Shown here: piece by piece, positions 17,006 through 25,670 of the stretch
Numbering within the stretch: the first letter of the stretch is position 1
How the letters are laid out: every line of letters starts with the position of its first letter
Assembly: GCA_050012755.1 (NCBI GenBank)
Contig: JBEKGO010000038.1
Span: 1 to 32,273, forward strand
DNA: 32,273 bases
From: Candidatus Bathyarchaeia archaeon
Lineage (GTDB): Archaea; Thermoproteota; Bathyarchaeia; Bathyarchaeales; Bathycorpusculaceae
Reading direction: 5' to 3'
Position numbers and translations under genes: made by a program
Notes under the pieces: model-generated
What the model saw: the letters and a program-made list of their open reading frames with translations, nothing else
What the model was told of the DNA's origin: nothing
Database searches by the model: none

Positions 17006-19552
17006 TTAGAATTTTACGCGTTTGTAAAAAATTCTTTTTACGACTTCACCTGAGACTAAATAGAGAACTACGATTGCGACCATTACAATAACGACCGAAA
17101 GAGGGACTGACGTAAATCCGAAAAGCCGTCCGAGCAAAGTGAAAGGCAAAATAACTGTGGCACCAACAATCAATAAGGTAGTCAGTAGAAGGTATTTTCC
17201 TGGGACACTTTTAAAGAATGGTCCTCTGCTTCGAATAACGAGCACAATTAGACTTGCTGAAATGACCGATTCTATGAACCAGCCGGTTCTAAAAAGGGTC
17301 ATTGGGCTCTTAAAAACAAAGATTAGTACTCCGAAGGCGAGATAGTCAAACACCGAACTTAAAATGCCGAAAACTATCATGAAATTGCGAATGAAGCCAA
17401 CGTTCCAGCGGCGTGGATGTTCAACCATTTCATTATCCACATTGTCTGTGCCAATTGTCGTCTCTGGAAAATCTGTCATCAAATTGGTAAGCAAAATTTG
17501 CCTAGGAAGCAGTGGTAGAAAAGACAGAAAGAGAGATGCGCCTGCCATGCTAAACATATTTCCGAAATTTGCACTTGTTGCCATAAACACGTACTTTAGA
17601 GTGTTGGCAAAAGTTTTCCTTCCTTCTTTCACGCCATTTGCAAGCACACCTAGATCCTGTTCAAGCAAGACAATATCGGCAGCTTCTTTGGCAACATCTA
17701 CTGCGCTTTCGACCGAGATACCGACATCTGCTGCATGAAGAGCAGAGGCATCGTTGATTCCATCACCCATGTACCCCACCACATTCCCGGATTTCTTAAG
17801 CGCGAGAATAATCCTTTCCTTCTGGTTTGGTTCAACCTCAGCAAAAACGTCAACCTCATTTACTTGCTTAAGCAACGCCTCATCACTCAGGGCACGAAGA
17901 TCTGAACCCGCTAGTACTCTTGGATTGGGAAACCCAACTTGTTGACTAATGCTCGCTGCAACAAGTCGGTTGTCTCCCGTAACAATTTTCAGTGAAATCC
18001 CAAGACGCTTTAACTCGCCAATCGTCTCGGCGATTTTAGGCTTACTAGGATCGAAGAGAACCAGAAAACCCAAGAAAGTCATTCCCACCTCACTATCTTT
18101 CGAGATGACTTTTTCAGATCCGAGGTCTTTGTAAGCAATTCCCAGAACGCGAAAACCCTTGCTGCTGAACTCTTCAAAGCGTTGCTGGATCTGCTGTTGT
18201 ACACCGCTGATTTGCACTGCGGTTCCTTCTGAAGTTTCAACTGAACCGCAAACATCAAGGACGTTTTGCAACGCGCCTTTGGTCACCATCAGATTTTTAT
18301 TGTCCTTTGATACCAGGACGCTGAGGCGTTTGCGGATAAAATCGTAAGGCACCTCGTCCAGTTTTTGGTAACCCGACAAATCAAGTTTGTTTGCCCGAAT
18401 CGCTTCATCGATCGGGTTTGTGAATCCTGTTTGGTAAAAAGCGTTGAGGTACGCGTAAAGCAGGGCTTTTCCGCTTTGGTTACCGTTGAAATCAACGACG
18501 GACTGTATTTTTATCGCGCCTTCGGTGAGAGTGCCGGTCTTATCCGAGCATAGAACGTTCATGCTGCCGAAGTTCTCAATTGATGCAAGTCGTTTAACAA
18601 TCACTTTTTGGGTTGCCATGATCTTGGCTCCTTGGGCGAGGTTAATGCTGATGATAGCGGGCAGAAGCTGTGGGGTCAGTCCAACAGCGAGTGCCAAAGA
18701 GAAAAGAAGTGATTCCAATACTGAACGCGCGAAATACACGTTTATGGCAAAGGTCACGACGACCAGTACAAGTGTTACTTCCATAAGGAGATACCCGAAA
18801 TGCCGGACTCCATGTTCAAATTCTGTTTCAGGTGGTCTAAGTTTTAATCGCTCTGAGACTTTGCCGAACTCCGTTTTTGAACCTGTTCCTACAACAATGG
18901 CCTGTGCGCTGCCGCTAACTACATTAGTTCCCATGAAAAGACTGTTTGTCCGCTGACTAAGTGATGTCTCTGGCGGAAGAACTCCTGCGGTTTTCTCTGC
19001 CGGGTAGGTTTCTCCTGTCAAAGATGCTTCGTTTACGAAGAGATCTTTTGATTCCAGAACTATGGAATCTCCTGGGATCAGGTCTCCAGCGTTGAGGATT
19101 ATGACATCTCCCGGTACAATCTTTTCAACTGGAATGTCCGTTTGATTTCCGTCTCGAAGAACGGTCGCTTTTGTCTGCACTATTGCAAGTAGCTTTTGGA
19201 TGGCATTGGCTGCTCCTCTTTCCTGCCAGAATCCAAGAAGGCTGCTTATCAGTATGATCGTTACGATAATTATTGCATTCGTGGGCAGAGCACCCTGTGA
19301 AATATCGAGGTATAATGACAAGCCAGCTGCAAAGATGAGAATAATGATGAGTGGACTCTTGAACTGAGTTAACAGGAGCGTGAGCGTGTCTGATCTTTTC
19401 TTGGGCGTTAGAAGATTGGAGCCGTATTTCGTGAGTCTCTTTTCAGCTTCGTCACTAGTCAAACCTTTCGATGTCGTCCGGAGTTGTTGAAGAGCCTCAG
19501 AAGTGGGGATACTCCAGAATGACTGATTGTCTTGGATATTTTGGCTGCCCAG
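17006..19552 (-). CDS. mgtA: Magnesium-translocating P-type ATPase (P3B)
   Basis: DKTGTLT, TGET, GLTPQLLP, DEVPYDF.RKRLSV, GDGIND and SANFGNMFS motifs. The frame extends upstream of 19462 through FWSIP..EALQQL.T...GLT; probable CTG start at 19552. Confidence 0.93.
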   Translation of the reverse strand: MGSQNIQDNQSFWSIPTSEALQQLRTTSKGLTSDEAEKRLTKYGSNLLTPKKRSDTLTLLLTQFKSPLIIILIFAAGLSLYLDISQGALPTNAIIIVTIILISSLLGFWQERGAANAIQKLLAIVQTKATVLRDGNQTDIPVEKIVPGDVIILNAGDLIPGDSIVLESKDLFVNEASLTGETYPAEKTAGVLPPETSLSQRTNSLFMGTNVVSGSAQAIVVGTGSKTEFGKVSERLKLRPPETEFEHGVRHFGYLLMEVTLVLVVVTFAINVYFARSVLESLLFSLALAVGLTPQLLPAIISINLAQGAKIMATQKVIVKRLASIENFGSMNVLCSDKTGTLTEGAIKIQSVVDFNGNQSGKALLYAYLNAFYQTGFTNPIDEAIRANKLDLSGYQKLDEVPYDFIRKRLSVLVSKDNKNLMVTKGALQNVLDVCGSVETSEGTAVQISGVQQQIQQRFEEFSSKGFRVLGIAYKDLGSEKVISKDSEVGMTFLGFLVLFDPSKPKIAETIGELKRLGISLKIVTGDNRLVAASISQQVGFPNPRVLAGSDLRALSDEALLKQVNEVDVFAEVEPNQKERIILALKKSGNVVGYMGDGINDASALHAADVGISVESAVDVAKEAADIVLLEQDLGVLANGVKEGRKTFANTLKYVFMATSANFGNMFSMAGASLFLSFLPLLPRQILLTNLMTDFPETTIGTDNVDNEMVEHPRRWNVGFIRNFMIVFGILSSVFDYLAFGVLIFVFKSPMTLFRTGWFIESVISASLIVLVIRSRGPFFKSVPGKYLLLTTLLIVGATVILPFTLLGRLFGFTSVPLSVVIVMVAIVVLYLVSGEVVKRIFYKRVKF

Positions 19553-19672
19553 AGAAATCGCCTGCCAATAGGTTGATGCGCCTAAATTAATTAATCGAAA
19601 ACAGGTCTATAAACAATTTATCGTTGCTTAAGTTTAGAATGGTTGGAGATTGATGCATAAGACGATAAAGCT

Positions 19673-19694
19673 GTAGCTGTTTATTCACAGTCAC
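19673..19694 (+). promoter_or_regulatory. 22-bp operator upstream of Lmo0937-like copy 2 (divergent from mgtA)
   Basis: GTAGCTGT-ttattc-ACAGTCAC, then 5 nt, then TTAAATA. Confidence 0.8.
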
Positions 19695-19742
19695 ACACAT
19701 TAAATAGAAACTTCCAAGCTAAGGGTAAGTGAGGCTTTGAAA

Positions 19743-19901
19743 ATGGGATTACTTGATTTACTTTTCGTAGTTGCTGCTATACTTATCATATTGTGGCTCC
19801 TTGGCTTTGTCTTATTTAACTTAGGTACCATAATTTGGGTTCTGCTTGTCATTGCAGTCATAATAATACTTGTGCGACTAATTTCAGGACGCAGAATATA
19901 G
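19743..19901 (+). CDS. Lmo0937/DUF5670-family small membrane protein (52 aa), copy 2
   Basis: MGLLDLLFVVAAILIILWLLGFVLFNLGTIIWVLLVIAVIIILVRLISGRRI; 4 conservative differences from copy 1. Confidence 0.88.
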   Translation: MGLLDLLFVVAAILIILWLLGFVLFNLGTIIWVLLVIAVIIILVRLISGRRI

Positions 19902-20006
19902 CTTAAGCCAAACTAACTGAAAACTGCATTGCTTTAAAGATTCGGAATGTGCTGCACTCACACAGACCTGAGCCCGTGCTTAATATTTGAGGAGGTGAAT
20001 TTGAAT

Positions 20007-20321
20007 ATGTCAGAAATTTCGCGATTAGCATACTACTTAGCACTTATAGGGGGAATACTGCTGGTAATCTTCGGGTTGCTATCACTCATCGGATATGCCT
20101 TCTCATACATTGGATCATTTATATCATTTGGCTTTGCTTACTACGGTATTGTTACAATCATCTGCGGCATCATAGCAATCATCGGCGCAAAAAGCGTAAC
20201 TACACTTGTTTGGGCAATCGTTCTCATAGTCGTTGGAATCATAGGTGGCGGACTTGGAGGACTGCTAGTTATTCTCGGAGGACTCATTGGACTCATTGCA
20301 GTAATAACTAAAAAAACATAG
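20007..20321 (+). CDS. Gly/Ile-rich small membrane protein
   Basis: GGAGGTGA SD before the ATG at 20007; about 4 TM segments. Confidence 0.8.
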   Translation: MSEISRLAYYLALIGGILLVIFGLLSLIGYAFSYIGSFISFGFAYYGIVTIICGIIAIIGAKSVTTLVWAIVLIVVGIIGGGLGGLLVILGGLIGLIAVITKKT

Positions 20322-20434
20322 TTGCTCGCTGATAAAGCCTGAATTTGATTCATCTTAATCAGAGAAACCATTTCTCTTCAAATGCAGGAGACTGGCGCTT
20401 ACCTATAGAAAAATAGGAAACGGTCGGATAAGGT

Positions 20435-20659
20435 TCATTGATAGCTTTTATGTCTATCCAATGTTTCCTTATTTGCTCTGGTTTTTCCTAAACCGCCGTT
20501 GTGTGCGCTCAGAACAAATTGTAGGGTGTTTTCTTTGAAAAATTCTCTAAATTGATTTCCACATTTGGTACACTTATACATCTTAACTCGGAATCGCCCA
20601 AAATTCCATTCCTTATCTGGTTCTTTCATGTGGGCTGTACAATTCGGACATTTAGGCAT
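20435..20659 (-). CDS. Zinc-ribbon protein (Cren7-like fold possible)
   Basis: MPKCPNC...P.KEW.F..F.VK.YKC.KCG.QFRE; the paralog at 12178-12403 supports the MPK start. Confidence 0.8.
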   Translation of the reverse strand: MPKCPNCTAHMKEPDKEWNFGRFRVKMYKCTKCGNQFREFFKENTLQFVLSAHNGGLGKTRANKETLDRHKSYQ

Positions 20660-20897
20660 AGTTTTCAACCTGTCAAGCTAAAAGACAAAATAGCTTTATA
20701 TCCATTTCAGCGATAGTTCCAAAAACTCATCTCGCGTCTCCAACGAGCAGATAGTTCAAACCTTAGAATCGAATTTAGGGTAAAGGCCGTTTTATCCTCT
20801 GTTTGGGTAAAGTTTGAATTGTCGTCTTTGTTTTTTTCCGCGAGGAGAGTGTGGTCCTGTTTGCGATTCATTTTGCTTAGTACTTACTTTTTTGTTC

Positions 20898-20975
20898 TCA
20901 CGAGTGTATCGTCACGTGTGAGTGCGGCTGCCTTGTTTCTGGCTCATTAACCTTAATATTTTCTTTTTCAGTCAT
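20898..20975 (-). CDS. Micro-ORF (25 aa) or truncated gene remnant
   Basis: Strong GAGGTGA SD; MTEKENIKVNEPETRQPHSHVTIHS. Confidence 0.35.
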   Translation of the reverse strand: MTEKENIKVNEPETRQPHSHVTIHS

Positions 20976-21042
20976 TTTTTTTCACCTCAGCTACTGGTTT
21001 TCCTTTTTTTTCAAAAAAGAATAGTTACTGAAATTAGTGCAG

Positions 21043-21351
21043 TTAGGACTTTATTTCTCTGTCTTCTTTGTAGTCTCTGTCTTCGTGGACTTCCTCTTCT
21101 TCTTCGTCTTCGGTTTCTTCTTCAGCCTCGTTTGCTTCTTCGCCTTCAGCTGCTGCTTTGTCTTCAGCTTCTCCTTTTGGCGGATAAGTCTTGTCCAACC
21201 AGACTTCAAACTGTCTTTTGCTGTCTGAGACTGAAAAAGCCCATTCACATAATCCGCTGATAACTTTGCTGATGTCTATTTCGTGGTCGTCTGTTAACTG
21301 TTTTAAATACTCTTCCCAATTTGCAGGTAACGACACAGAAAAACTACCCAT
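21043..21351 (-). CDS. Putative ribbon-helix-helix protein with an acidic C-terminal tail
   Basis: SFSVSLP..W.EYL..L.......ISKVI..L matches the RHH pattern; poly-Glu tail. Confidence 0.65.
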   Translation of the reverse strand: MGSFSVSLPANWEEYLKQLTDDHEIDISKVISGLCEWAFSVSDSKRQFEVWLDKTYPPKGEAEDKAAAEGEEANEAEEETEDEEEEEVHEDRDYKEDREIKS

Positions 21352-21479
21352 AAAACAATCTCCACTATCTTGTTAGTTCTAGGATATATTTAAGCTTCAA
21401 ATGCACTTGAGAATTTGCAAGCTGGAATTTTTTGGTGAATCGATGTCCTAAGTCTCCAAAAGAGACAACAGAAATGTGT

Positions 21480-21632
21480 CTATCTTTGCTCTTTCACCAA
21501 TTGTAGTCGTTTGGCGACTTCTTTGGCGATTTCTTTTAAGCCTTCCGCTAATTCTTCACGATCGACTTCATCTAAAGGGTACCATTTCCCTTCTTTATCG
21601 ATGAACACAAGTTCCAGTTTCTTATTAACCAT
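21480..21632 (-). CDS. Small hypothetical protein (50 aa)
   Basis: AGGTGA SD; MVNKKLELVFIDKEGKWYPLDEVDREELAEGLKEIAKEVAKRLQLVKEQR. Confidence 0.7.
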   Translation of the reverse strand: MVNKKLELVFIDKEGKWYPLDEVDREELAEGLKEIAKEVAKRLQLVKEQR

Positions 21633-21875
21633 AATTTTCACCTTGTTAACTAAATTCTTATTTGTTCGCGAATTGCTTAAACTTTTCTTGCCAATTGCCT
21701 TCAGCTGGGGTAAACGTAGCTTGCTGGGATGACCATTCTAAAAGGGGCTTCCAGCTAGATTGCCCATAATACCCGCGCGGTTTTGGGTGTTTTGAGGCTA
21801 ACTGGCTTCCCGGCGCCTTTTACTTAGGCACTCTTATAATATAGTTATTGGATTTGCAGGGGGCGGCTTCATTTT

Positions 21876-22019
21876 TTACTCTTTTTTGTTGATCCATGTT
21901 TTTACAGCTTCTTGGACTGCTCGGGATAAGTCGCCTTTTTTGCCCCCGAATTTTTCTACTGTTTTTAATCTTAGCTGTTTTTCTAGCTCATTTGAGATAT
22001 CAACGTTTATGCGACCCAT
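21876..22019 (-). CDS. Ribbon-helix-helix (CopG/Arc-like) DNA-binding protein (47 aa)
   Basis: MGRINVDISNELEKQLRLKTVEKFGGKKGDLSRAVQEAVKTWINKKE: alternating beta strand, helix, then LS.AV.EAV..W. Confidence 0.82.
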   Translation of the reverse strand: MGRINVDISNELEKQLRLKTVEKFGGKKGDLSRAVQEAVKTWINKKE

Positions 22020-22136
22020 TTTAATCACTTGATGTTATTGATGCTGTGTGTGTGATATATTTTCAAAATGATCGAATCGCCACTTTCTAAATTTGGCGCT
22101 TGTTTTCGTCATTTTTTAAACCTTTATTCACTTATT

Positions 22137-22178
22137 CACATATAGCTATAAGTGCATACATGCTTATAAGTATATGTG
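22137..22178. promoter_or_regulatory. AT-rich inverted repeat upstream of the RHH gene
   Basis: cacatatagctataag ... cttataagtatatgtg; arms match at 14 of 16 positions. Confidence 0.5.
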
Positions 22179-22270
22179 TTTAAGTGCTGAAGAATTTAGG
22201 TGAAGTAAAAAATTTCCGATCAAAAAACAAGCAAAAAAGCAACCTAAATCAAAGAAAAAAATCACTCTCG

Positions 22271-22408
22271 GGACGTTTAGGGACGCAAGGAGACGCAACT
22301 AGACGGGCAGAGTCGCATAGAGTCGCAGGGAGACGCGTAGAGCCGCAGCCTGCAAAGAAATAAAGCTTTCAAGCAGAAAAGCAACTTGAACCACAAAGAA
22401 CAAAAAAT
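22271..22408 (+). repeat. Dispersed element copy A: 8 x 10-bp (AGACGC-type) array plus conserved core
   Basis: ggacgtttag/ggacgcaagg/agacgcaact/agacgggcag/agtcgcatag/agtcgcaggg/agacgcgtag/agccgcagcc, then the core. Confidence 0.8.
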
Positions 22409-22415
22409 GGGGAAG

Positions 22416-22556
22416 GGTTTCCTTAGGTTTCCACAGGTGTACGTGCTTTTCCTTCTGTGTACTTGCTTGTACTCTGGTGTACTTCTATGTACGCAGCCAG
22501 CAAACGAATTAAAACCTAAATCAAAAAAGAAGCTCAAAACAACTTGAACAAAAATT
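22416..22556 (+). repeat. Dispersed element copy B: 8 x 10-bp (GGTTTCC to TGTAC) array plus conserved core
   Basis: ggtttcctta/ggtttccaca/ggtgtacgtg/cttttccttc/tgtgtacttg/cttgtactct/ggtgtacttc/tatgtacgca, then gccagcaaacgaattaaaacc... Confidence 0.78.
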
Positions 22557-22677
22557 CGCCACAACCGTTGTTTCTTGGCCGATTATGAGTGGGATCGCAT
22601 GTGATGTCTCTTGTCTTCCCTCTTTGAATTGTTCTAAAAATTAGCATTAAATATTACACAGTTAACTTAGCTACTGT

Positions 22678-23157
22678 ATGGTGAAGATAACTCGAACGTT
22701 TGTTTTCGTTACCGCTTCTTTAGTTATCGTTGCCATTCTAATCTCCACTGTCTTTTTTGCAGATCAAACACACCCAGCTGGAACACCACCCGTTTACTCC
22801 ATAGTTAATGGGGACTTCACAGTTGACGCAGAATCTTACGAAGCCTTCAACTTCACAACACCTACAGATATCTCCCAAATCCAGGTGAACGGAGATTTTA
22901 GCGTTTTGGGAGCAAATCCATATGGAATTCGTGTTTTCATCTGGGATACTGTCAGCTTCACTAACTTTCAAAGTGGGCACGTCTCGCAGTCCCCATTAGG
23001 ACAGGCTATAAGCGCCTATGATAGCGGACTCACGACCAACGGCACAATTGAAGCATCGCCATATCCGGGCGGCATGTACTTTCTTATCTACCAGAACAAC
23101 TCAACTGAGCCGCAGAATGTAACTTCGCAAGCTTCTTTCTGGTACATCCAAAAATAA
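22678..23157 (+). CDS. Membrane-anchored or secreted beta-rich hypothetical protein
   Basis: N-terminal TM/signal segment; several N-x-S/T sequons. Confidence 0.8.
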   Translation: MVKITRTFVFVTASLVIVAILISTVFFADQTHPAGTPPVYSIVNGDFTVDAESYEAFNFTTPTDISQIQVNGDFSVLGANPYGIRVFIWDTVSFTNFQSGHVSQSPLGQAISAYDSGLTTNGTIEASPYPGGMYFLIYQNNSTEPQNVTSQASFWYIQK

Positions 23158-23246
23158 GTAATAGTGAAGTCTTGAACCTGAATAGTGCTCTTGATTTCTG
23201 CTTCATAAATGATAAATCATTTTCGTACTGACATATTCAGTTTGTA

Positions 23247-23426
23247 ATGGATAATAATTCGGAAATTCCCTGCTCTTTCTGCAAGAATTATGATTCAAAA
23301 GCAAGAAGTTTCTCTTGTAACCCCGATGAATGCCGAAAGCTTTCTGAGTGGCTTTTTGACCACGCTCATATAGAGCCTAAGGAAACCAAGTGGGTTAAGC
23401 TACTGCCAATTCAATATGTAGTTTAA
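23247..23426 (+). CDS. Small Cys-rich protein (59 aa)
   Basis: MDNNSEIPCSFCKNYDSKARSFSCNPDECRKLSEWL...; C-x2-C-x11-C-x4-C. Confidence 0.65.
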   Translation: MDNNSEIPCSFCKNYDSKARSFSCNPDECRKLSEWLFDHAHIEPKETKWVKLLPIQYVV

Positions 23427-23908
23427 AAATTTCCGAGAATCGCTTCATTTTTTCCATTGAGGGTGGATTAACTTTTAGTCCCCAAACCCAAACGACTACG
23501 CCTCTTATACTCTCTCTACTTTCCCACTCCCCCGCTCCCTCGACAGACAAATAAAGGCAGACCCAACTAAAGAAAATTGAAAGGCTGAGTTGAGCGGAAT
23601 ATATCCGTGCGTTGTCTTTTCCCGAGAATGGTTAAAAGGTTTACTGGGTCCAAGTTCACATATTTTAAATGTGACTACTTTCGATTTTATGTGGACACTT
23701 GTGGCAACATTTAGTCGCTAATAATTACCTCTTTTCTCAAGGTTAAGTTAACTAACATTGACAAGTCTGAGCACAGAATTTTTGGTCAAATCTAATTATG
23801 GCTTAATTTGGGCAGCAATTGGGGTAATAGTTTAAAGATAAAGAAGGTTTTTCCAAAGAAAACAGGAGGTTAATAGTAACGCCCATCCCATTTTATAGGA
23901 CTATTAAA

Positions 23909-24835
23909 ATGGCGCGTAAGCAAGGCTTTGAAAAGACAGTTTCCATAATCATCGCAATATTACTCAAGAATCTTCTTCTGCGTCTGAGATACTTGCCTAA
24001 AAATGGCGCCATTGTAGAAGTCAACAACTCCAAAATGCTTCTCTTTCCCAAAAATGGAGCTATTCACTTGGACTTGTTTTTGCATAAGAAAAGAGAGTTT
24101 ACCTGCACTGATTATTTGATGAGCAACGGCATTATCAAGGAGGGCGATGTTGTCTTAGATATTGGTGCCAACATCGGTTACTACGTTTTAATCGAGTCTC
24201 AACTTGCGGGAGCAAACGGAAGAGTCTACGCAGTTGAACCCGTTCAAAGCAACATTGATTTACTGAAAAAGAACGTGCATCTAAATAATTTAAAAAACGT
24301 AGCTATTTTTCAACTAGCAATTGGAGAGTGCAACGAAGAATCCGAGATTTATGTTTCCAGCTTTTCTAATTTATGTTCCATGGATAAAAATTCCGTCGGA
24401 GGTAAAATTATTGGAATACAAAACGTTTCTGAAGAAACAGCAGACACATTCCTCAATAATAAGCCTTCGCCAAATCTAATTCGGATGGACGTCGAAGGTT
24501 ACGAATATAAAATAATTAGAGGTATGCCCCAGACACTTAAAGGAGACGTGCGAATTCTTGTAGAATTGCATCCCACCTATCTCTCTGAAGAAAAATTGGT
24601 TGAAATCTTCACAATCTTGAGGCAAAATAACTTCTGGGTCAGATTTGCAGTCTTTGAACCTAAAGTTGACGAAAGCAAGATTGTTAATTCTCTATTACAA
24701 AAAAGCGAAGCTGTTACGCCTTCGCCTAATTTTGTCATCGAAAATGTCTCCTTGCAAAAACTTCAAAAGGTAATGAAAAGCTACCCAAGTATATCTCCTA
24801 ATGTACTTTTTGAGAAACAAATTGTCAATAGTTAA
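23909..24835 (+). CDS. FkbM-family SAM-dependent methyltransferase
   Basis: VLDIGANIGYY, VYAVEP and IRMDVEGYE motifs. Confidence 0.93.
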   Translation: MARKQGFEKTVSIIIAILLKNLLLRLRYLPKNGAIVEVNNSKMLLFPKNGAIHLDLFLHKKREFTCTDYLMSNGIIKEGDVVLDIGANIGYYVLIESQLAGANGRVYAVEPVQSNIDLLKKNVHLNNLKNVAIFQLAIGECNEESEIYVSSFSNLCSMDKNSVGGKIIGIQNVSEETADTFLNNKPSPNLIRMDVEGYEYKIIRGMPQTLKGDVRILVELHPTYLSEEKLVEIFTILRQNNFWVRFAVFEPKVDESKIVNSLLQKSEAVTPSPNFVIENVSLQKLQKVMKSYPSISPNVLFEKQIVNS

Positions 24836-24870
24836 CTTCATAGAAGCTGTTGTTAGCAGCGCAGCACTCT

Positions 24871-24984
24871 TCCTGAACTTTTTTGGACTTATTTAGACTT
24901 TTTTGGACTTTTTCCGACTCAACCTACAAACAAACCAAACCCCAAAACAAAGAAGCAAACCAAAACACAAACAACAAAATAGCT
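24871..24984 (+). repeat. Dispersed element copy C: 5 x 10-bp (TTTTGGACTT) array plus conserved core
   Basis: tcctgaactt/ttttggactt/atttagactt/ttttggactt/tttccgactc, then aacctacaaacaaaccaaacccc... Confidence 0.82.
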
Positions 24985-25023
24985 TGGTGCTCATAAAAGC
25001 CTTTTAAAGCGTTCAACGTAATC

Positions 25024-25518
25024 TTGATTCGTATGTCTATGCCCATGTTTCTTTCGATGGCTGTGCTGGCTCCTCCTATGCCTTACGGTTATCTTTGGGA
25101 GATATTTTTTGCTGCTATTCTTGTGGTTAGTTGGGTGTTGGCGGTTAAGTTTCTGTCTTTTGGAAGAAGATGGATAGTCATCCTATTTGTAGTCGGAATT
25201 GGGGAGATGGTCTTCTCGGCTAACACACGTGGATACAGCAGTTTAGTAGGTGGTTTAGTTATTGGTCTCGTCACTGCATACAGTGGGTTTATTATTCCTG
25301 CTTTATACATGGCAAAACTGCCTCTTCGCAAAAAACAAACAAAAATAGCTGTTATCTTATCCGGTTGCCTCGAACTGATATTTGGTTATGTCGGTATAGT
25401 TACCGCATTTAATTTTGGTGTCGATCCCTTCTTACTGTATTTTGGTTTGCTCACAATCGGTTTCTACTCTTTAATCGTCGGTGCTGCAAGCCTTTTCTTC
25501 ACCAAAACCAAGATTTAG
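25024..25518 (+). CDS. Hypothetical integral membrane protein
   Basis: About 5 TM segments; start uncertain (25024, 25033 or 25039). Confidence 0.7.
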   Translation: MIRMSMPMFLSMAVLAPPMPYGYLWEIFFAAILVVSWVLAVKFLSFGRRWIVILFVVGIGEMVFSANTRGYSSLVGGLVIGLVTAYSGFIIPALYMAKLPLRKKQTKIAVILSGCLELIFGYVGIVTAFNFGVDPFLLYFGLLTIGFYSLIVGAASLFFTKTKI

Positions 25519-25670
25519 AAATCACTTAAACATTTCATTAATTTAGAGAATTAGGTTGGTTATCTGGTTATAATTTGGGTAAGATTTGAGTGCAAATCTG
25601 GAATATCGATTAATAATCTCTCCCCTTAGAAGAAGTGAGAACTCAAAAACAAAGAAGGGAGGTTTGAAGA

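Noticed and set aside
17139-18956. Multiple plus-strand ORFs
   Set aside because: Antisense shadows of mgtA.
20922-21376. Several overlapping ORFs
   Set aside because: Shadows and alternative frames of the low-complexity acidic tail of 21043-21351.
22221-22556. CRISPR array
   Set aside because: The cores are ~65 bp and divergent, the intervening segments are tandem repeats, and no cas genes are present.
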